In this document: positions 26,422 through 36,482 of the stretch, in pieces
Layout: each line of letters begins with the position of its first letter
Position numbering within the stretch: the first letter of the stretch is position 1
NCBI GenBank assembly: GCA_965215195.1
Contig: CBDCDC010000002.1
Coordinates: 1,440,001-1,504,000 of the forward strand
Direction of reading: 5' to 3'
DNA: 64,000 nt
Origin: Candidatus Latescibacterota bacterium
GTDB lineage: Bacteria > Latescibacterota > UBA2968 > UBA8231
Notes under the pieces: generated by a model
The model's input: the letters and a program-made list of their open reading frames with translations, nothing else
The model's database searches: none
What the model was told of the DNA's origin: nothing
Translations under genes and position numbers: made by a program

Positions 26422-26586
26422 ATGCGAACCAGAGTTTATGTAGACGGCCTAAGTACACGACAGTAGGGCCTTGCCCTCGTCGAGGGCGGGACGCCCTCGA
26501 TCCCGGACTCATCGCCCATCAACGATAAGTTATTGGTGTCGTGTAGTTAGGTAGACGGCTTCAACCTGTACTACGGAATACCCTGA
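26422..26586 (+). pseudogene. NYN (LabA/DUF88) domain protein stump interrupted by a MITE
   Basis: Removing the insert and one target duplication restores MRTRVYVDGFNLYYGIP-stop. Confidence 0.8.
26449..26550. mobile_element. 102-bp MITE with 14-bp terminal inverted repeats and a 9-bp target duplication
   Basis: TIRs ctaagtacacgaca and tgtcgtgtagttag (1 mismatch); gtagacggc at 26440-26448 and 26551-26559; internal REP-like cgagggcgggacgccctcg. Confidence 0.88.
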
Positions 26587-26609
26587 ACCAACAACGCAGG
26601 AGGAACGCA

Positions 26610-28952
26610 ATGCCCATCAGCGCCCAAGACCTCCAAGCCGCCCTCCCCGACCTCAAAGGCACCCAAGGTTGCGAGGGCCTGAAAAAAACCGTCGCCATCC
26701 ACCGCGACCCTTGGGGAATCCCCCATATCCAAGCCGCCAGCGAAGCCGACCTGTTTTTCGCCCAAGGCTTTGCCACAGCCCAAGACCGCCTCTGGCAGAT
26801 GGACTTTGACCGCCATCAGGCTTTGGGCCGCTGGTCCGAATGGGCCGGCCCCGCAGGATTGGCCCGCGACCACCTTCTGCGCACTGCGGGCATGGGCCGC
26901 ACCGCCAAGTTGGACTACGAAGCGTCCAGCCCCCAAGCCCGCGCCATGCTCGACGCGTACGCGGCTGGCGTCAACGCCTTTTTGGCGACGACAACGGCCC
27001 TACCCGTTGAATACCAACTCCTCGGCCAGCCCCCCGAGCCGTGGGAAAGCTGGCACTGTCTCGCCGTGTACAAGATGCGCAACAGCCTGCTCGGCACCTT
27101 TGAGTCCAAGCTCTGGCGCACCCGTCTGGCCCAAGTCGTAGGCCCTGAGCAGTCCGGCCACAGTATTGTGGCCGCAAACCTCGCGCAGCTAATCAAAGGC
27201 TACCCCCAAGGCCACCTATTGACTGTGCCACCCGGCACCGAGTACCAAGGAGAACCCCTCGACGGCCTCGCTGCTCTCAGCCCCCGCGAAACCGACCCCG
27301 GCTCTAATGCTTGGTCCATCGCGGGTGCGTCCACCGATTCGGGCTTGCCGCTGGTGGCCGGAGACTCGCACCGCGCCCTCGACACCCCTTCCGTCTATTA
27401 CCAAATCCACCTCGGCTGCCCGGACTTCGCCGTCATCGGCTATTCGGTGCCCGGCGTCCCCGGGACCCTGCACTTTTGCCACAACGAGTACGTGGCTTGG
27501 GGCATGACCTACGGTAGTGCCGATACCCAAGATCTGTTCGTCGAGCGCTTTCGCGAAACGGCCGATGGCTTGGAGTACGAGTTCAGGGGCGCGTGGCGGC
27601 CAGCGCAAATCCTGCGGGAAGAAATCCACGTCCGCGGCGCGGCCCCCGTCACCGCCGAAGTCGTCACCACCCACCACGGACCTATCATCGCTGGCGATCC
27701 GCGCAAAGGCCAAGCCATCGCCATCAGCGACCCCGGCCTCGTCGAAGGGACCCCTTGGGCCGACGCGGCCCGCGATGCCATGCGCGCCCGCTCGGTCGCG
27801 GATTTGCACCAAGCCTTTACCCGCTGGACCGATCGCGTCAACAACTACGCTGTCGCCGACGTCCACGGCTGCTTCGGCTATGTTCACGCGGGCCGCATCC
27901 CGGTGCGCGAGCCGGCAAACGGCTGGTGCGCCGTCCCCGGCTGGACCGGCGAGCACGAGTGGCGAGGCTACATCCCCCACGCTGAGCTGCCCAAAGCCAT
28001 AGACCCGGCAACCGGCTATGCCATCACCTGCAACCAGCGCGTGACCGGCTCGGACTACCCCTATTATGTCGGGCTTATCTTTAGCCCGGACTACCGCGCC
28101 CGCCGCATCCAGACCCGCATCCTCGAACTAGCAAAGGGCACGGCCACGCCCGAAGCTATGGGCCGCATCCACGCCGAATGCGTCTCGCTCCCGGCCGAGG
28201 TCTTTACGCGGGCCTTGCTCGCTATTGAGCCGCCCGACCCCGACTGCGCCGCGGCCCTCGACCTGCTGCGCCAGTGGGACTGCCGGATGGACCGCGACCA
28301 AGTCCAGCCGGCGATCTACGCGCAAACCCGCGCCCTGCTTGGCTACCACCTCGCGCAACACCTGTTTGGCGGCGATGCCTTGACCTTGCTCTCAGAGGCT
28401 GGCGGCGACGCCCACTGGCGTCTTATCAACCTCGAAGCAACCCTCGCTATTGAGCGCGGCGATACGGCGCTGCTGCCGCCCGGCCAAACTTGGTCCCAAG
28501 CCCTGACCGAGGCCCTCACCGGCGCACTCGCCGCGCTCAAAGAGGGCCTCGGCGACGACATGCGCCACTGGCGTTGGGGCCGCTTGCACCGCACCCAGCC
28601 CCAGCACCCGCTCTCGGCGGTTTTCCCGGAGGCCGCTTCCTTCCTCAACCCTCCTTCGCTCCCCGTCCACGGCGATGGCGACACGCCCCTCGCCGGCAGC
28701 TATGCCTTTGACGACTTCGCGGTTACGGGTCTTTCGGTCAACCGCTATGTCTTCGATCCTTCCGACTGGACCCGCTCGCGCTGGATCGCGCCGCTGGGGG
28801 CTTCTGGCCACCCGGCTAGCCCGCACTACGCCGACCAAGCCCAGCTTTGGGCCGACGTGGCGTTTATACCTCAGTTGTGGGATTGGCAGGAGATCTGCGA
28901 GCGGGCGGAGACGACGCAATACTTGGTGCCGCCGGGGGAACCGTGTCAATAG
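26610..28952 (+). CDS. penicillin acylase family Ntn hydrolase
   Basis: RDPWGIPHI, AQDRLWQMD, GSNAW, GASGHPASPHYADQ. Confidence 0.93.
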   Translation: MPISAQDLQAALPDLKGTQGCEGLKKTVAIHRDPWGIPHIQAASEADLFFAQGFATAQDRLWQMDFDRHQALGRWSEWAGPAGLARDHLLRTAGMGRTAKLDYEASSPQARAMLDAYAAGVNAFLATTTALPVEYQLLGQPPEPWESWHCLAVYKMRNSLLGTFESKLWRTRLAQVVGPEQSGHSIVAANLAQLIKGYPQGHLLTVPPGTEYQGEPLDGLAALSPRETDPGSNAWSIAGASTDSGLPLVAGDSHRALDTPSVYYQIHLGCPDFAVIGYSVPGVPGTLHFCHNEYVAWGMTYGSADTQDLFVERFRETADGLEYEFRGAWRPAQILREEIHVRGAAPVTAEVVTTHHGPIIAGDPRKGQAIAISDPGLVEGTPWADAARDAMRARSVADLHQAFTRWTDRVNNYAVADVHGCFGYVHAGRIPVREPANGWCAVPGWTGEHEWRGYIPHAELPKAIDPATGYAITCNQRVTGSDYPYYVGLIFSPDYRARRIQTRILELAKGTATPEAMGRIHAECVSLPAEVFTRALLAIEPPDPDCAAALDLLRQWDCRMDRDQVQPAIYAQTRALLGYHLAQHLFGGDALTLLSEAGGDAHWRLINLEATLAIERGDTALLPPGQTWSQALTEALTGALAALKEGLGDDMRHWRWGRLHRTQPQHPLSAVFPEAASFLNPPSLPVHGDGDTPLAGSYAFDDFAVTGLSVNRYVFDPSDWTRSRWIAPLGASGHPASPHYADQAQLWADVAFIPQLWDWQEICERAETTQYLVPPGEPCQ

Positions 28953-29092
28953 GATTAAAAGGGCTCCGGTCTATTGAAACGGCGATCGCCTAACCAGCTC
29001 TCTGCCGCTTATGACCGTCCCGCCTAACCCTTGCAGCGGGTAGTGGCCTTCCCGCAGTGGCACTACAGGCCCATGGCTTTTGATCGGGTCGT

Positions 29093-31237
29093 CTATTCGA
29101 GTTTGACCATCTTGCGGAGGCGCGTCTGCTCGCCTTGATGCAGCCGCACCAGATAGACCCCGGCAGAGACCGGCTGGCCCTGCGCGTCCCGGCCATCCCA
29201 AGTCAGCCGGTGCTCGCCCGCCGCCAGCGGACCCGCCCACACGTGGCGCACCGCCTGACCCAACGTGTTGTAGATAGTTAAATCCACGTCGCTAGTTCCG
29301 GCGGGCAGAGCCAAGGGGATCGTCGTGGCCGGATTGAACGGATTGGGGTAGTTGGCACCCAAAGCAAAGGTTGAGGGTGTGGTCGCTGTCTCGGCCGCGA
29401 CGGCTGTGGCCGGACCGCCTTGATTGAGAAAGACGAAGGCCCCGCCGGGACCGCCTTCAATACTCCGCCCCAGCACCACCAGATCGGTAGCCCCATCGCC
29501 GTTTACATCGCCGGCTTGTACCACGCTGCCCGTCCCCGGCAGCCGGTAGCGGCCTTCGACGATGGGTATGCCATCGCGCTGGCTGACCAGCACCACCAGC
29601 GCCGGACCCGTCGCCCAGTTGCCATCAACTACGGCCAAGTCCAGCAGGCCATCGCCGTTGAGATCGCTGGCAATGGCCCCATGCGGCAAGAGCACCTGCG
29701 GCCCCAACAAGATGTGGCGAACCGCCACGCCCGAAGCATCCAACTGCCATAGTGTCAAGCCGTGGCGGGTAATGTCGGTGTGAGTAGGGTCGAATCGCAA
29801 ATTCCGCTCGGAAGATCCGACTAACTCCATGGCGCCATCGCCATCCAAGTCGGTGAGCAGATGCAGGTCACAGGGATTGACTCCAGCCTCAAAAAACAGC
29901 GGCGGCTCCTCGCTGGCCGCCCACGGCTGGGTCAGTTGCCAAGGCCCCGGGGGCTGATAGCACGGTCGGTTCCACAATACGCGCACGGCCTCGCCCAACG
30001 GTTGCCCGGGGAGCAACCAAGGAACGCGCCGCTCCTCGCCGTCAAGGACGAACCGAGCACTGCGGACAAACCGAGCGTCGCCATCGTTGAACCACAAAAT
30101 CACGTGGGACGATTGGTCGTCATGCTCATCAACCAACAGGTCCACATCGCCGTCGCCATCGCCATCGGCTAGGCCATAGAAACTGACGTCGGTCAGTTGC
30201 AGAATGGGCTCAAAGCCGGCCTCGCCCCGATTGTGCCACAGTTCGACGGTCCGATCTTCAGCAAGGACCAGATCGAGGAGTCCATCCCCGTCGAAATCGC
30301 CCCCTTGGATTACGGGAGAGCCTGTGGTCGGCCCTATTTGTACCTCTCGGGTGGAGACCAAGCCACCCCACCCGTTGTTGAACGCCATCGTCCAACCCCA
30401 GTGTACCCCGGGCAGGAAGCGGCCGTCGGCGTCTCGGGAGCGTGTCCAAGTCACCACCAAGTCCACATCCCCATCGCCGTCTATATCGCCCAGCGTGCTT
30501 TCGCTATCTTTCGGATATGACGCAATTCCTACCCCTGCGCCGAGGGGGAAAAAGTCGGGTACGGCGAACAGAGCATTGGGCAACTCCGCCTCCACGACGA
30601 CCTCCCGGGGTGGCAATTCCCCCAGCAACAACTCTTCGGCCCCTGTCAGTTGAATCCAGTCCACTTCTACAAACTCAGGATGGTCGTCCGGGCCCTGTGC
30701 GTGATCGTTTAAGCCCAAGTCTATGTGAAAATCAAAGAGGGTATCCTGCCAAGAGACCACCGCTCCTCGGTTCGCTTCCGCAGCGGCTTCTAAGGCGCGT
30801 AGGTCTATCGTGATGTTTTCCCATTCCGTGGGATAGAATTGAACACGGCCCGTCCGAAACCCATTTGGTATTAATATGCCAGCGTCAATCAAGCGTTTGT
30901 ACTCGGCATTGAACCACCACATCAGGAGCGTCCCCTCGGTAGGGCGATGGTGTATGATGCGTAGCCGTAGGGTGACCCGGTCGAAGAGAGCGGAGTCTTC
31001 CCCAATCAGCGGCGAGAGCAAGGTAATGGCTGGCCGTTTTGCGCCCGGCACCGGCGCAATGCGCCAGACGCCGCCTTCAACTTCGCTGTACACTAGGGTA
31101 GTGTTACCACGATCAGTGCCGATGGTACTCTCTCGGGCGGTCCAGCCCCAAGTGGTGCCCTCGTCAAAATCCCACGTTAAAGCGAAGGCTCCCAGTGGAG
31201 CCGTCAACAATCCAATAGCAATGAGCAAGTAGCGCAT
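29093..31237 (-). CDS. secreted FG-GAP repeat protein with C-terminal FlgD-Ig sorting-like domain
   Basis: Signal peptide; multiple GDxDGDGxxDL repeats; ANYPNPFNPATTI...WDGRD..G..VSAGVYL. Confidence 0.88.
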   Translation of the reverse strand: MRYLLIAIGLLTAPLGAFALTWDFDEGTTWGWTARESTIGTDRGNTTLVYSEVEGGVWRIAPVPGAKRPAITLLSPLIGEDSALFDRVTLRLRIIHHRPTEGTLLMWWFNAEYKRLIDAGILIPNGFRTGRVQFYPTEWENITIDLRALEAAAEANRGAVVSWQDTLFDFHIDLGLNDHAQGPDDHPEFVEVDWIQLTGAEELLLGELPPREVVVEAELPNALFAVPDFFPLGAGVGIASYPKDSESTLGDIDGDGDVDLVVTWTRSRDADGRFLPGVHWGWTMAFNNGWGGLVSTREVQIGPTTGSPVIQGGDFDGDGLLDLVLAEDRTVELWHNRGEAGFEPILQLTDVSFYGLADGDGDGDVDLLVDEHDDQSSHVILWFNDGDARFVRSARFVLDGEERRVPWLLPGQPLGEAVRVLWNRPCYQPPGPWQLTQPWAASEEPPLFFEAGVNPCDLHLLTDLDGDGAMELVGSSERNLRFDPTHTDITRHGLTLWQLDASGVAVRHILLGPQVLLPHGAIASDLNGDGLLDLAVVDGNWATGPALVVLVSQRDGIPIVEGRYRLPGTGSVVQAGDVNGDGATDLVVLGRSIEGGPGGAFVFLNQGGPATAVAAETATTPSTFALGANYPNPFNPATTIPLALPAGTSDVDLTIYNTLGQAVRHVWAGPLAAGEHRLTWDGRDAQGQPVSAGVYLVRLHQGEQTRLRKMVKLE

Positions 31238-31257
31238 AATGAACCTCCAGAGTGGGG

Positions 31258-31572
31258 TCAGTCCGCCTCGACGAATTGCCGCGCCAGTGATCCCTCGCGT
31301 GTCAGGGCGTACACCACGATATTGACGCCGAGGTCATAGACCGGCAACTCATCAGCACCCGTGTCAAAACGACCGGCTTTGTTGGCAGCCCGATCCCTTT
31401 CGCGGATCCGCTCGGCCTCGCCAGCCAACAGGTCCGCGTAGTCCTTTTGTGAGTAAACCCCCACGATACGGCCATCCACCTCAATGCCCTCCAAGTAATT
31501 GGGCGACAATTCAAAGCGACTCCCAGTGTTCCAATACCCGAACATGATGTCCCAGAAACCGCGCGGCAGGGG
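31258..31572 (-). pseudogene. C-terminal fragment of a DUF4159-like protein, paralog of 38523-39869
   Basis: LPRG..., YLEGIEVDGRIVGVYS, YDLGVNIVVYALTREGSLARQFVEAD; 5' part missing. Confidence 0.8.
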
Positions 31573-31800
31573 CGGTCTTGGTAGAGGTCTTCGATGTGCA
31601 TCCCGCCCAGCCCGTCAAAGACGGTGTACTGGGAGCTTAACACATGCTCAAAGGATAGGGCGCTCATATTCGTCCTTTCGGCGTGGATTGCGGCGGCGGC
31701 GCTGGTAGCGGCTCCGAAAGCCCCGCTCAGGGCGCCGGTGAAAGTTGCGGCGTCTTCATCGAGGCTGTCGTCGGTTCTCGCGCCGTCAAACGATGGCCGT

Positions 31801-32358
31801 CTATGGTGTGGTGAACCAGAATTTGATGAGCGCGGTGATCATGCCAAGGACCAGCACGCCGCCGGTGCTGAGTATCGCATAGAGCAAGGTCTTGACCGAT
31901 TTCTCCACCTCGCTCTGCACCCGCGCGAATCCCTCTCGCATCTCACCGCGCACCTGCACGATTTCCTTATCCACCTGGGCAAAACCGGCGTCCATCTTGC
32001 CGTTGACCGCGGCAAATCCGGTCTCCATCTCACCGCGCACCTGCGCGATTTCCTTATCCACCTGGGCAAAACCGGCGTCCATCTTGCCGTTGACCGCGGC
32101 AAACCCGGTCTCCATTTCGCCGCGCACCTGCGCGATTTCCTTATCCACCCGCACGAATCCCTCGCGCATTTCGCCGCGCACCTGCACGATTTCTTTATCC
32201 ACCCGCACGAATCCCTCGCGCATTTCGCCGCGCACTTGGGCAAAACCCTCGCGCATCTTGCCGTTCATCTCGGCCAATTTCGCATCGGCTTGCGCCGACT
32301 TCGTGTGCATTTCGCCGCGCACTTGGGCGACCTCGGTGCGGACGTTCTCTTCAGCCAT
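31801..32358 (-). CDS. tandem-repeat coiled-coil protein with C-terminal TM anchor (DUF1640/CCDC90-like)
   Basis: Repeats of AQVRGEM and GFxxVDKEI; 87-bp and 54-bp DNA duplications; hydrophobic tail; RBS aaaggag. Confidence 0.8.
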   Translation of the reverse strand: MAEENVRTEVAQVRGEMHTKSAQADAKLAEMNGKMREGFAQVRGEMREGFVRVDKEIVQVRGEMREGFVRVDKEIAQVRGEMETGFAAVNGKMDAGFAQVDKEIAQVRGEMETGFAAVNGKMDAGFAQVDKEIVQVRGEMREGFARVQSEVEKSVKTLLYAILSTGGVLVLGMITALIKFWFTTP

Positions 32359-32384
32359 GAGCCTGCTCCTTTCAGCAAGTGAAG

Positions 32385-32427
32385 TTACTAACTGATGTTA
32401 CGCACGCTGCGTAACGTCAGTTAATAA
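32385..32427. promoter_or_regulatory. 20-bp-arm inverted repeat in the leader of the repeat-protein gene
   Basis: ttactaactgatgttacgca-cgc-tgcgtaacgtcagttaataa, 2 mismatches. Confidence 0.6.
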
Positions 32428-32587
32428 GCTGCTAGGCTGGAAAAAGTAACGAATGGTAGGGTCCCAATAAACCCCTAAGATGCGACCACCGCCGCCCTAA
32501 AACTATTCCTTTTATAGCGTCGCCACCCCTCGGTGCTTCTTGACAAGGATGTACCGTTACGCTAGCATCTTTACATACTCCAACGCC

Positions 32588-33253
32588 ATGTTAGCCGTCC
32601 GCACCCTCAAGACGGTGCTCGCTCCCGCCCTCATTTTGCTTCCCTCCCCCAACCCAAGCGTCGTGCGCGATATGGCCCGCGACATCGACAGCTTGCAACG
32701 CGCCGAGTGCGAATACCGGGGCATTGCGGCCCGCTTCGACGAGCTCACCCGCGCCTATATCCTGCAAGTGTACGAGGGCGGCCAACTGCTCCGCTGGCAG
32801 GCCCAGCCCAGCCCGTACAACCCCGAGACCGAGACCTTGGTCACCGCCGTCTTTACCGCGGCCGGCCCCAAGGCCGCCGCTCCGGTGCCCGAGTTGGCCC
32901 ACCTCCGCGCCCACAGCGGAGTGAGTGCCGGGGTCACCTGGCGTTACAGCAAATTAGCCGCTGTGCGGGTCGCGCCCCACGGCGACTTGGCCCGCGACGC
33001 CATGGCCGTGTTTAGAGCCACGGTTGACGGCTTTGTCGAGCGCATGGTGTACGCGCCCGCCGGCGGTGCGCTGTGCGCCGCGCCCGCTCCGAGTGCCCCG
33101 GTGCTGGCCCGCGTTGAGGCGGGCGCGGTCCTGCTCGTCGAGGAAGAGCGAGCCGGCTACGTGCGTGTGCGCCAGCCGCCAGCGGCTGCGGCCGGGTGGC
33201 TGGAGCGCAGGCATGTGCGAGCAATTGAGAAGGCCGATGGACGCGCTCATTGA
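32588..33253 (+). CDS. hypothetical protein with C-terminal SH3b-like domain
   Basis: [27 protein letters not shown]...GWL; overlaps the ABC ATPase start. Confidence 0.55.
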   Translation: MLAVRTLKTVLAPALILLPSPNPSVVRDMARDIDSLQRAECEYRGIAARFDELTRAYILQVYEGGQLLRWQAQPSPYNPETETLVTAVFTAAGPKAAAPVPELAHLRAHSGVSAGVTWRYSKLAAVRVAPHGDLARDAMAVFRATVDGFVERMVYAPAGGALCAAPAPSAPVLARVEAGAVLLVEEERAGYVRVRQPPAAAAGWLERRHVRAIEKADGRAH

Positions 33254-33935
33254 AATGCACAACTTGACCAAGACCTACGACATGGGGGCGACTGCGGTCC
33301 ACGCGCTCAGCGAGGTGGATCTCTGGGTGGCCGCCGGCGAATACGTGGCCATCATGGGGCCGTCGGGATCGGGCAAGAGCACCCTGCTCAACATCCTCGG
33401 CTGCCTCGACGTGCCCACCTCGGGCCGCTACGCGCTCGGCAACGCCCTCGTCAGCGAGATGGAAGACGACGACTTGGCGCGGATCCGCAATCGGGAGATC
33501 GGCTTTGTCTTCCAAACCTTTAATCTCCTGCCTCGCGCCAATGCCTTGGGCAATGTCGAGCTGCCGCTGATCTACAGCGGCCTGCCGGCGCACCAACGCC
33601 GCGCGCGGGCCGCCCGCGCCCTCGCGTCCGTGGGCTTGGCCGATCGCATTGAGCACCGGCCCAACGAGCTGTCCGGCGGCCAGCGGCAGCGCGTAGCCAT
33701 TGCGCGCGCCCTCGTCAATAAGCCCTCCATCATCCTCGCCGACGAGCCGACCGGCGCTCTCGACTCCCGCACCGGCGACGAAATCATGGATCTCTTCGAC
33801 CAAGTACACGCTGCGGGCAACACCATCCTCCTCGTGACGCACGAAGAGCACCTCGCCCGGCGCAGTCGCCGCATCGTCCGCTTCCGCGATGGTCGCATCG
33901 AAAGCGATGGCCCGACCGAGGAGGCCGTCCGATGA
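33237..33935 (+). CDS. ABC transporter ATP-binding protein (MacB/LolD type)
   Basis: [25 protein letters not shown]. Confidence 0.95.
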   Translation: MDALIEMHNLTKTYDMGATAVHALSEVDLWVAAGEYVAIMGPSGSGKSTLLNILGCLDVPTSGRYALGNALVSEMEDDDLARIRNREIGFVFQTFNLLPRANALGNVELPLIYSGLPAHQRRARAARALASVGLADRIEHRPNELSGGQRQRVAIARALVNKPSIILADEPTGALDSRTGDEIMDLFDQVHAAGNTILLVTHEEHLARRSRRIVRFRDGRIESDGPTEEAVR

Positions 33936-35116
33936 GAGCCGTCTTTTGCATCCTAGTCCTGTGCGCCTGTCAGGGGGCACCGCCCGACCTGCCCACGGCC
34001 GAGGTCGTGCGCGGCGATTTTGCAGTGACGCACGTTGAGGGGGGCGAGGTGCGTGCGGCCAGCGGCGAAGTCGTGATGTCGCCGCGCATCGGCGGCCGGC
34101 TCAAAATCGTCCACCTCTGGCCCGAAGGCGAGCAAGTGGATGTCGGCGATTTGATCCTCCAGTTCGACCCGGCCGAGTTTGAACGGGAGATGCTCGACCG
34201 CGAGGGCCAGCTCGAACGGGCCCACTCGGACTTTGTCAGGGCCAAGGCCGAGCGCGAGCAACGCCTCGCCGACATCAAGCGCAAAATTGAGCAGCAGGAA
34301 GCCGAGCTACAGCTCGCCAAGCTCAATCGGGAACGCCAGAAATTCGCCTCCACCATCGAGCAAGAGCAAGGGCGCATCAACTTGCAGAAGGCCCGGCGCA
34401 CCACGGCCGAAGCGCGGCAGGAGTCCGTAGCCCAAGAAGTGGTCAACCGCGTGGATTTTCGCAAGCACGAACTGAACATCGCCCGCCGGCAGGAGCGCTA
34501 CGAAAGGGCGCGGCGCGACTACGAACGCACCAGCATCTATGCGGCCAAACCGGGCATTGTGGTCTATCGCAAAATCTGGAAACCGGGCACCGACGAGGAG
34601 AGCAAAGTCGCGGTCGGCGACCAAGTCTGGGGCGGCCGCGCCCTGCTCGACATCCCGGACATGAGCGAGATGCAGGTGCAGTGCCTCATCGGGGAAATGG
34701 ACATCGAGCGCATGCGCGTCGGCCAGCGGGCCTTCATTCGCCTCGAAGCCTTCCCCGGACCGGTCTTCAACGGCACGGTAGCCGACATCGCGCCCATGGC
34801 CTCCCCCCAGCCCGGCGCACCGGACATCCACGTCTTTGAGCTGGTCATCGACATCGACGAGCAGGACGAGCGGCTCAAGCCGGGCATGTCCGCCGCAGTC
34901 GAAATCGTCCTCCACGCCATCCCCAACGCCCTGTCCGTGCCCCTAAACGCCGTCTTTGCCCGCGCTGACCGCTGGGTTGCCTATCGGCTCGAAGGCAGCG
35001 ATTTCGCCCCAGTGGAGGTGGAACTGTCCGCGCAAAACGCCACCGCGGTCGTGGTCGCCTCCGGCCTAGCCGAAGGCGATGTCGTCGCCCTCAAAGATCC
35101 CACTGCCCCCCGATGA
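33932..35116 (+). CDS. efflux periplasmic adaptor (MFP) 1, probable lipoprotein
   Basis: LCAC lipobox-like, [10 protein letters not shown], coiled coil, LKPGMSA. Confidence 0.88.
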   Translation: MRAVFCILVLCACQGAPPDLPTAEVVRGDFAVTHVEGGEVRAASGEVVMSPRIGGRLKIVHLWPEGEQVDVGDLILQFDPAEFEREMLDREGQLERAHSDFVRAKAEREQRLADIKRKIEQQEAELQLAKLNRERQKFASTIEQEQGRINLQKARRTTAEARQESVAQEVVNRVDFRKHELNIARRQERYERARRDYERTSIYAAKPGIVVYRKIWKPGTDEESKVAVGDQVWGGRALLDIPDMSEMQVQCLIGEMDIERMRVGQRAFIRLEAFPGPVFNGTVADIAPMASPQPGAPDIHVFELVIDIDEQDERLKPGMSAAVEIVLHAIPNALSVPLNAVFARADRWVAYRLEGSDFAPVEVELSAQNATAVVVASGLAEGDVVALKDPTAPR

Positions 35117-36479
35117 GGTTGTCTTGACCCCCGCTCCTAGTGCCAACAGCCGCCGCAAGTGGTGGATCGCCGCGCTTTGCGCGATCGCGGTTTTGGCCGC
35201 GGCGTTTATCGCCTCTCAGCAGATGCTCGACGAAGCCGCGTCCTCCATCCCCTCCTACCCAGTCCAGCAGGGCGAGTTCGTCATCTCCTTGCAGCTCAAA
35301 GGCGGCGAACTCGAAGCCGTGGAGGCCGAAAACATCGTCGCGCCCCGCGTGCGCGGCCAGCTCAAGATCGTGGAGCTGTTTCCCGAGGGCGAGCAAGTCG
35401 CCGTCGGGGATCTGCTCGTCCAGTTTGAGCAAACCGACTTTCAGAAGCGGGTCATGGACGCTGAGCAACAAGTTGAGTCCGCACGGGCCGACTTAGAGAA
35501 AACCCGGGCCACCCAGAAAGCCGAGATCGTCAAACTCGAAGCCGACATCCAAAACCAAGAGGCCAACTTGCGCCTCGCCGAACTCCAAGTCGAACGCATG
35601 GTCTTTGAGGCCACCGTGCAAAAAGAGGAGGCCCAAATCGAGGCCCACAAAGCGAAACTGAGCTACCAGCAAGCCGTCGAGAAACTAGCGTCGCAACAGG
35701 TGGTCAACAACGCCGAGGTCAAAAAGCGCCAGCTCGAAATCGAGCGCCACGAGCGCGAGCTAGACAAGGCCCGCAAGGAACTGGCGAGCACGACCATCAA
35801 GGCCGAAAAACCCGGCTTGGTGGTGTACGGCAAGGTGTGGAAGGGCGAGCGGCCGGAAAAAGTGCGCGTCGGCGACGAGATCTGGGGCGGGGTCAAGGTC
35901 ATCTCCCTGCCCGACCTGTCGCAGATACAGGTCAAGACCTATGTCAACGAGGTCGAGGTCGATAAGCTCGACACCGGCCAAGTGGCCCTCATCAAGCTCG
36001 ACGCCCTGCCCGAACCCACCTTCCACGGCCGCATCAAAAGCATTGCCTCGCTCGGCCGCGAGAAGGAGGGCGAGAAAAACGTCAAGGTCTTCGATGTGGT
36101 GCTGGCCATAGAGGAGCAAGACGCCCGGCTCAAGCCCGGCATGACCGCAACCACCGAAGTCATCGTCGAGACCATTCCGCCCAAGCCCCCAGTCCGGCCC
36201 GATTCCGTGCAGACCGCGGACGCCGAAGTAGTAGCCGACGCGCCCCTGCCCCTGTACATCCCCTTAGACGCGGTCTTTGAAAAGGACGGCCGCGCACTCG
36301 TCTATTGCCTCGTCAATGGCCAGCCCCAAGAGCGGGCCGTGACGCTGGGCAAGAAAAACGAGGACTTCGTCGTCGTTGAGCACGGGCTGGCCCCAGACGA
36401 CCGCGTCGCCCTGCGCGACCCGACCCAAGCGGCCGACCCCATCGGCGGCCTAGACGCAGACGCGCCCGCCGTGCGCTAA
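35079..36479 (+). CDS. efflux periplasmic adaptor (MFP) 2; start uncertain
   Basis: N-terminal TM, PEGEQVAVGD, LKPGMTA. Confidence 0.88.
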   Translation: MSSPSKIPLPPDEVVLTPAPSANSRRKWWIAALCAIAVLAAAFIASQQMLDEAASSIPSYPVQQGEFVISLQLKGGELEAVEAENIVAPRVRGQLKIVELFPEGEQVAVGDLLVQFEQTDFQKRVMDAEQQVESARADLEKTRATQKAEIVKLEADIQNQEANLRLAELQVERMVFEATVQKEEAQIEAHKAKLSYQQAVEKLASQQVVNNAEVKKRQLEIERHERELDKARKELASTTIKAEKPGLVVYGKVWKGERPEKVRVGDEIWGGVKVISLPDLSQIQVKTYVNEVEVDKLDTGQVALIKLDALPEPTFHGRIKSIASLGREKEGEKNVKVFDVVLAIEEQDARLKPGMTATTEVIVETIPPKPPVRPDSVQTADAEVVADAPLPLYIPLDAVFEKDGRALVYCLVNGQPQERAVTLGKKNEDFVVVEHGLAPDDRVALRDPTQAADPIGGLDADAPAVR

Positions 36480-36482
36480 TCC

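Noticed and set aside
26177-26512. 111-aa minus-strand ORF
   Set aside because: It spans the MITE and terminator; at most a degraded GIY-YIG-like remnant, too weak to call.
28985-29030. attC-like sites (gcctaac twice)
   Set aside because: No complementary partner box or hairpin, and no integrase.
31801-32358. CRISPR array or DGR repeats
   Set aside because: The repeats are in-frame coding units without spacers, and there is no reverse transcriptase.
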